A stretch of 64,000 nt of DNA from the NCBI GenBank assembly GCA_013115145.1, contig JAAPAO010000088.1, forward strand, positions 1-64,000, written 5' to 3'. Below, piece by piece: positions 35,522 to 47,200 of the stretch. Made by a program: the position numbers and the translations under genes. Each line of letters opens with the position of its first letter. Positions within the stretch are counted from its first letter, which is position 1. Under the pieces are notes generated by a model. It was given only the letters and a program-made list of their open reading frames with translations, was not told the origin of the DNA and ran no database searches. This stretch comes from Perkinsus chesapeaki ATCC PRA-425. Lineage: Eukaryota; Protista; Perkinsozoa.

Positions 35522-38500
35522 ATGTCTGGTGTCGGCACTAACAGCTCAGTTGTCCCAGACCATCAGCCTGGTGGAGGCCCACAAGGATGCACTCTACTTA
35601 TCTATTACGATAAAGGGGTGCCACCAACACAACAGGAACTACAAAAGCGTATTGAGAATGTAATAATGTTATTTAGTCAACAATCCTGCCAAACACATTT
35701 AATATTTTCGGAACGTTTTTTTCTATTTAAAAATCCCCTTGGTCCTAGATGTGAGATAGACCTTGATTTCGAGGACATGTTGTTGTCGCTGACAAGGACG
35801 GCGGGCAGCCATTATGCTGGTTAACTTGGTAAATATTGGGCACCTCAATTGTTATATTTATGTACATTATTAGTAGAATTATTTATTCTAATGACATTAA
35901 AATATGCATTGTTAGTTTATATAGCAATACCCGGTATTGGTTATCCATAAATAGGCTAATATATCGCTCTGCGCTTGGCAAGGTTCGTATAGATGTCGAT
36001 TTATTAAAGATTCATATAAAGGTCGATTTGATAAAGATTCGTATTGAGGTCGATTTGATAAAGATTCATATTGAGGTCGATTTGATAAAGATTCATATAG
36101 AGGTCGATTTGATAAAGATTCATATAGAGGTCGATTTGATAAAGATTCACATAGATGTCGATTTATTAAAGATTCATATAGAGGTCGATTTGATAAAGAT
36201 TCATATAGATGTCGATTTATTAAAGATTCATATAGAGGTCGAATTAATAAAGATTCATATTGAGGTCGATTCCAGCTTTTCCGGTTTTTTCATAACTATT
36301 ATCTTTCTCAGGCGTGTGCGGCCAACCAGCGTAACTCAGACAAGTTGATTGCCGTTCTCGAGGAACTGTTGCTGCTTATGATCAATGGCGAGTCATATCC
36401 TAGGTTGCTCATGACAATGATAAGGTAATTTCATGGCGCGCGTGAAAGCATCTCTTAGATACTTTTCGGCTCAGGTTCGTAGTTCCCAAGCAGGATCATC
36501 GTGTAAAGAAGCTCTTAATGATGTAATACCGGCGGACCTTAACTCTGAGTTTCACTGGCGCTTTCGGGCGGTATCGCACTAGCAAGAATTTCAACTGAGG
36601 CGTCCCGTGCCTTAGCATCCCATGCATTATCGGAATAGACGTTGGCTTCCCTCGCTCGTCAAATTTCATCGTCGATTCGTCATAGTAAATACGTTGCTGG
36701 GAGATGACGAACTCTACCGGAATTGGGCGAAGCTTCGATCAAATTCTTGCTCCTTGGGAATGTTCATTGTAAACTGCGCGCGTGAGATGCTGGTTATATA
36801 GTGCTATATATTTCGTACCACACTTTGATGCGATTGGGGAGCTTACCTCGAATGTTAGCTACTGGGAGCTCTGTGAGAAGACTAATGAAGATGGCAGTCT
36901 TAAGGAGGAGATGATTCTGGTTGTCAATGCCCTCAGAAACGACCTTATGCATCCGAATGAATATGTTCGGGGAAGTAAGGCTCTAAGGCATTTTCGTGGC
37001 GCGTGAAGTTGGTTTATAGGTACTTTGCGATTGCTGTGTAAACTGAAGTATTATCGGATCCTCGAGCCGTTGACTGAGGCAATCCTCCGTAATTTAACCC
37101 ACCGTCACAGTTACGTCCGGAGGAACGCGGTGATGTGCGTGTAGGAATTCTGATAAGGTATTTCGCAACTGTTTGAGGGTCTGTTGGTAGGTACGCTATA
37201 GTGAGCACTTTCGGGGAGGAAATGATGCCAACAGCTTCCCAAGAGGTGGAGAATTTACTATTGGTAGTGGTGCATCGCTCCGCTAAGATTTGAGTTTTAT
37301 TTGGCGTTTTTAGGTTGAAGGGGACTTGTCTACGAAGCGTAATGCATTTTTGATGTTGATGTTGACGCCACATAATGAGGAGAAGGCTATGAACTATGTT
37401 TTCTCTATGCAGGTGAGTAGCAGGAGGAGATTAGTCACCTTCTGGGAAATATTAAATTCGCATGAGTTTTGCATAAGCGACGCTTTCCTGGGTTATATGC
37501 GGGACATTAAGTGTCGCTTGTGTAGAGTTAGGTTATAGGAGGGGAAGTAAATTCCCCTGATTCCAGATGCTTTCATAACCTCTACGGTCTCCCTTGTGAG
37601 CCGAGCTTGCTCGAATGCATGGAGGGGATGCATGAGACTTTCGAATCTATAAGATAGAGGCTTTTTAGTTTTACTATACATAACTTCCAGACAATGTATT
37701 GTGGGAACGCTTCTTTAACGGATACGTTCTCACTGTTCATATTTCAGGACCAAGTGGCTACATTGGGCGACATCTGCCAACTGGTTATTCTGGAGTTGAT
37801 CAGGAGAGTTAATAAACACCATCCTGAGATGAAGGGACAACTTTTAAAGGTGAAATAGTCTAGTTGGTTATACTGTTGGCATTTGAATCGTACAGTCGTT
37901 GGTTCTAATCCTAGGAGCGTCGTTTTAGGTTGTATATACTTTGAGGGAAGCTCCAAGCCCAGCAGTGCAATATGAAACCGCTAACACTTTGGTTATTTTA
38001 TCGAAGTCCCATGTTGCCATTGGAGCCGGTAAGCCTCTTGCTGTTTCCCGTACGTCAGTGGGTCGGTGCCGAGAGTGCCGTTGGGTAGCTGTGGAACGGA
38101 TGATTGATTTTTACGAGAAGGATAGATCGTAGTATCCATTGGCGAGGCCAATGATTAATGAGAATCATAGAGTGCGAGAAGGCATTTTAAAGGAACTTGG
38201 AGCATATTTTATATCTGGGTTAAATCTCCTTACATCCAGCATCTGCTCTAGCATCACTGGGTGCATATATATTAGATCTACCTTTGCAATGTAATCTCCG
38301 CGCTGCTGCGTGATTGAAGTACGGACGGTGAATTCCTACAGCCTTCCTTTTACGTGTGCAATCAACTGTTGTTTTGTTTCAGCGGCCGAGGCTTATGTGA
38401 ATCTTGTTATTACACAAGCTGATAATAACGTCAAGCTCATCGTCCTCGATAAGATAGATCTCCTGAGGAAGCGCTATAAACAAGTAATAGGCTTTATGCA

Positions 38501-41500
38501 TTGTGCCATCGCGAGCCATTTGTATTGTAGGCGTTGGAGCCATTGGTGATGGATTTGCTCAGGGGCCTGTCGTGCCCTGCTGTGGAGGTTAGGAGGAAGA
38601 TTCTAGATATCTGCACACCACTGGTAGTAATCTTGTTGGGTACATTCGGGGCTACTGTTTATGAGGAAATATATTTTTTGCGTGGAAGATGCATGGTTGA
38701 ATGCGTTGGTGGGCCGCATGGCGCTCGAAAGCTTGCGGTGATATAGTTATCGGTGGTGCTCAACTTTGACCGTGTCCGGTCTGAGTCATCATTGCATTTA
38801 CGATAATGTGAATCCAAACAGGTGCAAGATATATATTTATTATGAGATTCATATTATTAGCTAGGCCGTCGTGACGAGGAGGCTAGGCGCGCGAATTCAG
38901 TTACTTAATTTTTTCCAACCAGTAATAAATAGTTCGGATTTTTCAGGTCAACAGTCGTAACATTGGAGACGTTGTTGGCCTCCTTAAAAAGGAGCTTGTT
39001 AAGACTCAGGATACGAGTACCTCTGAGGGCAACACTGAGGTGCTGAAAAGATCCTTCCTAAGTGGAGCGGAGTGAATGTCATCATCATTGTCAGTATCGT
39101 CGTTTGCTTATTCGAGCACTTCACTTGTGCACTATACGCGTTGGTGATGCTAGCTATGCCAATCAAGTGGTGTCGGTGCTGTTGGATATACTTACTGAGC
39201 AGACGGACGCTAAAGCATCTGGTAGTAGATTTGAGAGGGTTGTGCAGTATTATAGCCGCATATAACAGTATCTTATTTTAATATAATCTTTATGGGTATT
39301 ATATGTATGCTATTAGTAGTGCCAATTGTATGTGATATAATGGTAAAGAGAATAAACTAAGTATGATAGTGGAGGCGGATGGAAGGCATCTTTGCGCACT
39401 GGGAATATTTCATCTTCAGATTCGGCGGCAGTTGCGGCTGATATTGTTATGTTTATAAGGGAGACGATTATCCGACATGCGCAGCTTCGTGAGAGTATCT
39501 TGACCAGATTGGTAATGCATGGGTTAACCTTGGATACTCCAAGAGAGTTGTTGCATTTCAGTCGGAGAGTTTACCCGAGATTCGACAGTCTCGTGTTATT
39601 AGAGGCTGCCTCTGGCTGCTGGGAGAGTTCTCGCCAGGTAAGTCGTCCTTTGCGCATGCGTGCAGAATTATTGTGTCGGTGATTGTAGACTGCGGTAAGG
39701 AGGTGTCCCAGAGTGTGCTGGAGGGCATCGTTGAATGTGTGTCACCGTTGCCGATCAAACCGAAGGCTGGTGAAGCCGAGAAGGAGGAGAAGCCTGAGGC
39801 GAGTGCGGACACCGGTAGGGCTCGGTTGATGGCGAGGGAGAGGATCTTGTTGTGAGATAAGTGTGGTCTGAATTCGAGAGGGGCAGTACGAGTTTTTGAT
39901 TGGATTACATCAATGTTGTCCCGCACGTGGGTGAATGGAATCGTTGAGGAAAAATCTGGATATATTACTTTTCTCGGGAAGATTGTTTTCGATTGTCGCA
40001 GCAGGAAGTGAATTTTTATTTTGTTAGGTACTAAGGTTACCACTAGAACGGTTGTTTTGGCCGATGGTACGTATGCGAACGAGACAGTGTAGGTTTGAGG
40101 GGATCTTAGCTTGAAGGTTGCACTTGTTAATTTTCAAGATACGATGGAGGTGCAGCAGCTGAGGAGGATAAGAATGATAAGGACTCGAAGACACCTATGC
40201 GTAAGGAAGGGTATCTTAGGTCCATGCGTGCAGGATACGAAATAGTTGAACTATATGTGATGTTTGCTCACACTTTGGTTATGTTAGGAATTTATTTTGG
40301 TATGCGTTTTAGGTAAACTCATCGCGGAAGGAGATTCTTTGTTATGTACCATGGTGGGAGTGACGGCCACTAAGTTGTTGGTTAAAGGAGGATTACGTAG
40401 GCTAGACGGAGCGAAGTTTTTTATTTATTTCTCAGTTGGAGACTGCCCTGTTTCTCTGAAGAATCAGGTCTGTTTTTTATTGGCCAACTTGGTTAAGCTT
40501 TGCGAGAATACATCAAAGCAGGAAGGTAAGCGTTAAACTTGACCTGTTTTGTATCTTACGTGCTTCAACCTGAGATACTCTTTGATGACTTAGGTGCTAC
40601 TTATGCGGACTCATCTGCCGGTGGTAATATCAACGGCACCGTCACAGACACTGATGCGGTGAGCCGCTTGACCCAGTGCGTTCGGGCCATTATCACTTCT
40701 AATAAGAGCGTAAGTCCCGGGTTCGATCCTCGCACTTGTCATTCTTCATGCATTTATATCTCAGATCGAACGCAGTTGCAAACGCGAGTGGGGCTCTGGT
40801 AACGATGCTCGGAACGCTCTCAAGCAGGTATGGAGGAGATCGCGGGTTCGAATCCTGGGAGGGGCATTTTATTAGGTGTTGGAAGTGGAGGCGGGCGAGG
40901 ACCCGGCTTATGCTGATGACGGCAGTTCGCGAGAAACCAGCAAGCAGCCCGATGATCTTATTTTCTTTAGACAACTCAAGCCAGGTAGTGTCCTGGTGGA
41001 TGAGCGGCTGGTTGCTGTGTCGAAGGTCGTGGGTTCGAGTCCCAGGTGAGGTGTTTTTCAGGCGCTACTGTCGATGATGATGGTGATGACTCGGGATGTG
41101 ATCTATTCCAGAGTGATGACAGTTCCATGATAACTGCATCAACCATGGATGGTTCATCTGCTAGCGAACTGGAGTCTGGCGCGCTCTTTGCTGAGAGACT
41201 TGACAAGTAAGGAACAGTGGCTACTGTATAGCTGCATTCTCTCTTCCGAACGTTCCTTGGATGTATTGGTTGGTCCTGCACATGGTCACCGCAGGAGTAA
41301 TTACAGGGGCTCCACTCGACCTATTCAGAAAACCCAGATTAGCTTATTTAACCGGGTTTTGGGTTCTGGGTTTTGGGTTTTCGGGTTTTCAAGTCTGTCC
41401 AGGGTTGGTGGGATTTGATGTCACTATCTCGTGTTTAGGGTATTGCCGATGACTGGTCTAGCGGACCCAGTGTATGTGGAGGGCTTCCTCAGAGTTCATA

Positions 41501-43250
41501 GTTTCGACCTGGTAAGGGCGGAGCGAAGCGATTACTCTTTCGCATTTTTCGTGCACAGGTTTTGGAACTGAACGTATTTAACCGCACAAATACGACTTTA
41601 CAGAACATCCAAGTCGAGCTCAGCACTCAAGGTAAGCAGTGGCGGTTGATGTTATCGCAGAGGGCGCACGCTCTGGTGATCGATTTTAGGTGACTTGAAG
41701 ATCGTTGAAAGGCCGCAATGCGTGACTTTGGCTCCGGGGGCTAATGCTGTGGTTTATGCCACCATTAAGGTGTCCTCTACAGAGACTGGTGTGATTTATG
41801 GTTATGTGGCTTATGATATGAAGTCTGCTGATGATAAGGTAAGGGAGGTTGAAGCGTGCATTTCGCGGAATGAAAGATACTTTTGTTCAGGAATCTTTGG
41901 TGCTTAATGAGCTCCATGTTGATATTTTGGACTACATTGAAAGGGCTTGGGTGAACGAGCTCAACTTCAGGACAATGTGGTAGGAATAATCTGTGCTTCG
42001 CTCCGCCTGCGAAATCGGCATTTTTCGTAGGTCTGAATTTGAGTGGGAGAACAAGATCAACATCACTAATACAAGTGTGGGGCCTCGCGAGTTTTTGGCG
42101 AACCTTATGGAGAACACTAATATGAGTATAGTCGGCAGAAGAGAGGTAAATGATCTCAGCGGAGCGAAGCGATTCATGTTTTACGGTTTTTAGGTTCGAG
42201 TTGGTGTGAAGGCTGGGGATGAGAATCATACGGCTAAGAAGGTAGTTTTTGGTAGGATGTCCAGTATCGCCAATTTCAGTAGAGATCAGTACTTTAATAA
42301 GGGAGAAAAATGGTTTTTTATCAAGTATTGAAATTCCTGTCACCAATTGTAAATATTGTCAACTAAGAATATATTACAGTTTAAAAGCTACGGGCATACT
42401 TGACGACGCAGCTGCGAGGGGTGCCGGTGGATGCTTTCGAGTTTCCGTGCGCGATATGTAAAACGTCGACGAGACACGTGATGTGCATTTGCCATCTCTG
42501 AATAGGCTCATATGCGTATGGCGAAAAGCATCAGATCGGCCTTGACGGTAGAACTCCAATAGATGTGTTAAAGTGGTCAATTATATATATTCCTTGTATA
42601 TGTAAAATAGATGGGATGGTATTACAGAGCAGTCCTGCGCTGAACCTGTAGAGCTTCACGGAGCTTCATTTATGAAAACTCCTATATAGTATTGCATATC
42701 TTAGAGTAATGGCTCTTATGATTAGTTTGCCGGTGGTGCAATAGTGTGGAGGATAATGTAGTGTATAGCGGTAACCGTTTAAACACTTTAATAGAATGCA
42801 TGTCAACATTGGACTTGGGAAGCTGGCTGGATTTCACAGAATTGTTTTTAGGCACAAGTGAAGGCGGAAGTTGACAGGGAATTGAACGAGTCGAGTAGTC
42901 TTTCTAAGCTTTTAGGACCACAGTCGAAGTTCGTGGCTGTTAACTTGTAATAATTGGGAATCTTGCGAGTGCGATGGAGTATCTTTGTGACGGAGCTTGA
43001 CCTTAGATACGCCCGTTCTATCTTCGGGGAGGATGCTTTGGCCAATGTTTCTCTCGAGAAGAATCCAGATGGATCGCTGAGCGGATCGGTGCGCATCCGA
43101 TCCAGAACACAGGGCATTGCGTTGAGCCTCGGTGACCGCATTACGCTCATTCAAAGGAAGCAGCAGCAAAAGCAAAATCAAAAGAAGCCGACGGCTAAGC
43201 GGAGCGAAGGAGTGAAGGCTGCTGCTGCTGAGGCACCACAGCTGTTGTAA
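35522..43250 (+). CDS. COPB1: Coatomer subunit beta (beta-COP), >25 exons
   Basis: [50 protein letters not shown]|[77 protein letters not shown]. Confidence 0.95.
35981..36270. repeat. 27-bp minisatellite, ~10 units, in the first COPB intron
   Basis: Unit (AT)AGAGGTCGATTTGATAAAGATTCAT; lies between COPB exon 1 (..KRIEN) and exon 2 (ACAANQRNS..). Confidence 0.95.
37850..37928 (+). pseudogene. 79-nt COPB intron resembling a whole degenerate tRNA gene plus terminator
   Basis: TAGTCTAGTTGGTTA (A-box) ... GTCGTTGGTTCTAATCC (B-box-like) ... GTTTTAG acceptor; its removal gives GQLLK|VVYTLR. Confidence 0.55.
40985..41061 (+). pseudogene. 77-nt COPB intron resembling a degenerate tRNA gene
   Basis: TGGATGAGCGG (A-box-like) ... 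AAGGTCGTGGGTTCGAGTCCCAGG ... TTTTTCAG. Confidence 0.6.
41354..41389 (+). repeat. GGGTTTT-type heptamer repeat (x5), G-quadruplex-compatible
   Basis: GGGTTTTGGGTTCTGGGTTTTGGGTTTTCGGGTTTT at the 5' end of a COPB intron. Confidence 0.8.
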
Positions 43251-44299
43251 ATGGCGGGAAATTTTGTGGCGCGTTTTTATCGGTGAATGAAGGCGGGCTA
43301 TTTTAGGTGAACAGTTTCAATGGAGAGTGTTTGGCTTTGTGTTGATGAGGTTTTCACAATGGGATAGCTAGAGGTGTCAGAATAATAGGCGGAGCGAAGT
43401 TTTTCTGGCAGTTTTTTGAAGGAAAGATTGTCAATATTGCACGGGATAATATGTCAGTGGCGATCAGCCCGCAGACCGCAATAGGCCCGGCGAGTTATGA
43501 TGCATTGGAAAAGGAATATAAAGAGCATGGAGGGAAGGTAATGAAGAGGGGTGGCGGATGGATAGTGGAGGGGTGATTGATGGTAGATGGTAAAGGAAGA
43601 GAGACGGTCTAGTGGCAGCAGCGGCAGCAGTCCTTCTAGCTCTTATTTGGACGATTTGCATCCCAGTCAGGTAGGATAGAGGTGGTGGTCAGATTTATCT
43701 GGGTTCCTTATGGTGAGTTGGACTTCGAGTCGAGGAAATTGGTCATTATAACTGTGATAGTCGATGAATTGTTTTACCCCGAATGGCCTCACTTGCATCT
43801 GTTTTTTATCTGTTGTATGGACACAGGCCAACTGTTCGGTTATCTTATAACTCTTGCTTTTATAAGAACGTGAAGTAATCTCATTATTCCGACGGCATCA
43901 TCCCAAAAAGTTGTTGAAGGCTGTTGGCTTATTCAACGGAGCTGGATGGGAAATATAATCACCAATAGAGTCAGTGATGACATGTGCGGGTGTTATCCAA
44001 TATTAAACTACTCTTTTTGTCTATAGCCCATGTAAGGATTTTACACACACGAAACGGCTGATCGATTTAGAGTCGTGTTTTCAGTTTTCATTTTAGTACT
44101 CGTGCTTGATATTTCGCTTGACAACGCTCAGTGTTGAGTGCGGAATTGGGAAAATACGAATTATTCTGTTTTATGTATATGGATATCGTAATTGTATATA
44201 ATACAATCTATCTGAAGTCAATAATCTGTTCGTCAATGTGACTAGTAGTCCGTGTCTAGTAGGTCCCTATATGTGTCTATGTACGTGTATGTGTCTAGT

Positions 44300-46114
44300 A
44301 GGTGCCGTTCCATAACGTCGATACTAAAACGAAGAAGTCAATGTTAAGAGGTTTGATGGTCCTTCAGAGGGTCAAGGCAGATAACCGTAATAGTTGGAAG
44401 CTGCTGGGAGCTGTGGTGTAGATGGTTGGTTGGTAGATGTCCACAAGGTGGCTGATCGATTGTATATCGGATCGATTGGTGGAGCATTGAATGTAGAGGA
44501 GCTACAAAAGAACGGTATTACACATATACTGTGTGTGGCGACTGGAATCAAGTAAGGGCGGAGCGAAGCGTTTTTGGTTCTGCATTTTTGGTGTTTTCAG
44601 GCCCATGCACACGGACAAGTTTACGTATTATTCAGTGCAAATTCTGGACTCGGAATCAGAGAGTCTTTTGGACGTAAGAATCGGGCCAATGTGGGGGAGA
44701 TGATTAGGCCATAGTCGAAATTGATAGGAGGCTCGGCTGGCACGGTGCGAACTAGGTCTCTATGTGTAGTAAAAGTGCTAGCCTTGGACCTGTTCATATT
44801 ACTGTGTGATAAATGTAAATAGTCATTCTATCTGGTTTTGGGACCTACAGATAGAACGTTGAATGTGGGAATAAAACAGTGTAGAGTTAGTGACCAGCTC
44901 CTGAGGTTGGCTGCGTGTTTGTGGCGATTGGGAGATAATTAATCGCCAACAAGTTAATTGGAGGTGTTCGCCAGAAGAGGTTGTGGGGGGATATTGCAGA
45001 TATTCAGATATTGCCTGAGTGCTTGGCGTGGATAGCATCGTCTCTTAATGGGAGTGATAAGAACTCTGTTTTTGTACATTGCTTTGCGGGAAGGTAAGAT
45101 CTGAGGAAGGAGCGGTATGGCTGGATATCGGCAGCCTGGCTTTTATAAAGTTTGAAGGTGTGTTGGAGAAGCCAATGAGAAAGGAGAAGTTACGATGAAT
45201 CTATATAAAATTTAGTTGTAAATTTGGTGTTAGAAATAATGTATCATTCTAGTACTAATGAGTGCAGTATCGGAGCTATTTAAGAGGGTGGTGAGTATAA
45301 AAAATGAAGACCACCGTTTAAAGGACCGTTTATTATTGATATATAAGATAGTTAAAGTGAATGTCTGATAGTAGTATACTGTAACGAGTATATCGGATAA
45401 GGGGTGTATGGTCCTCCTGTGTCTAGTATGCATGTTCAGGTCCCGGTCTGTTGCTGTAGTCCTGGCCTATTTGGTGTATGCTCGTCACATGCCTTTGAGG
45501 CTAGCTTTCACGCACGTAATAGGTGTCTCGGATGCGGCTGCTCTTTATACTTTGGACTTATACGAGTATATCGATTATAGATTATGTATGTAGTTTGAAT
45601 TAGAACATCTATCAACCCGAAGAAACAGTCGTGGCTCGAAATAACAATTGATTAGTGTCACCAAAGGGATCAAGCATTGTTGGGAAGTGCTTCCTACTAG
45701 TACACTTTTTATAGAAATTTTATTAGAGTATTTATTATCCCTTTTATGTCAATGTGTATTATCTGTAATATAGCTGGTGTTGTTTCAGATTCGTCGAGTG
45801 CGGCCAGAAAGCTCGCCGAACTCGGGATTCATGCGCCAGTTGTCGGCCTTCGAGCAGAGTATGTTGGCATGTAGTAGATATGAGGAAGATTCCCGGGTAC
45901 CCGTGGGGAGATAGTTCATCAGAGCGTGGCACGATGGCGCTGCAGGGCCGAACGCATTTTAAGAAGTCATTTAATGACAACCGAAGGAATGCGCTCGCAG
46001 TTTCCCTTCGGAGCTTGTTTAATGGATGATGAGTGTGTCTCCGCACTAAGAACACTCTATAGGCTTCGACAAATCTCAGCTATGCTTCATGGGAACCTTC
46101 CAAGCTGGCCTTGA
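44300..46114 (+). CDS. Dual-specificity protein phosphatase; start uncertain
   Basis: RLYIGSIGGALNVEELQKNGITHILCVA, catalytic VFVHCFAGR|SRSVAVVLAYLV, IRRVRPESSPNSGFMRQLSAFE. Confidence 0.88.
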
Positions 46115-46586
46115 GCTTTATGGTGACCGATGGGGTCAGAAGTGATTGTGTAGAGGAAGATTTGTCTAGGCTCTTTTAACTGTAGAGGTTTCCAGGGAGC
46201 CGTTTTATAGTTGCACCTGAGAAGACTCTGTGAAGTTCGTAATGCAAAGATATTGGGAGATAACTCTACAATGCTGCTAGAGGCAATCGAAGATACATCT
46301 AGAATTCTGGTTAGGAGCCTCGTGTGCTTCCTATGAGCTGGAGTATCTGCGTGTATCATCAGGGGGGGGGAATATCGGGTCCTATGGCAGACTAGGACCA
46401 TATAACGGATTCTTAATTCACTTAGTGTTATTATATCCACTATTTGGGAAGTGTGTGCTTTAGGTAGAAGGTTCGAGTAAGAGCCAGGAGGAGATAAGGG
46501 AGGATGTCGCTGAGCTTGTTCCGGAGGCCAAGGAAATCTTACGTAGCTCAACTTTGGGGAGCGTGGGGTATTGATTTGTTAGACTC

Positions 46587-47200
46587 TATGGACAGTGATG
46601 GTGGTGGTAAGAGTGATGCACAGGAAGCTCCAACTGAGGCTGAAATAGAGGAGCTGTGGGTTAGGGTTAGGAACGCGGCTGATGTAGGTGGGAGAGGATA
46701 TAGTAGGTAGTTCGCGGGTAGCTGTTCATCGGAGTTCCTTCCGCTATATATAAACCGCCGGTTTGAAGGTGAATTTACATTATTTCCAATTTCACGTATA
46801 CGTGCTGGCGAAATACAGCAAGTCATCGTTTATGTGAAGCTCGGTTTATAGGGCGGGTTTGCGATGGTATAAGATCAAGGACAGGAGGTTATGGTTACGA
46901 AATTTGTGGGGTATTGAAGATAATAAATCTGGTCGGTTTTTGTAACGTATGGCTCGAGGCAGCAGATCTGAGGGAAGTTCGGGGATAGAAACGTTTGAAT
47001 CCCGATATTACCAGACTAGCCGGACCTCTGATGGATTGATCCTAATTAGAAACGAATAATATCAGTTGCATTCCTTCGCCGTGAAATTGCTGACAATGTT
47101 AATAGTGTTTGTTTATCTGTCAGATGGTCGAAACTCGTAGACGTAGTTGCTCCACGTGTGATGATATCGGCTGTGGTGGGACATGTGGCAGGTCATTGAA
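46587..47200 (+). CDS. Hypothetical spliced gene (uncertain)
   Basis: Exon-like MDSDGGGKSDAQEAPTEAEIEELWVRVRNAAD ends at GTAGGT, followed by further exon-like frames; not recognised. Confidence 0.3.

Noticed and set aside
35836-36348. 170-aa ORF with IEVDLIKIH repeats as a repeat protein
   Set aside because: It is a 27-bp minisatellite inside the first COPB intron; COPB exons 1 and 2 join in frame without it. A cassette exon cannot be formally excluded without RNA data.
41354-41389. True telomere or chromosome end
   Set aside because: Only five imperfect units, internal to a COPB intron; kept only as a G4-type observation.
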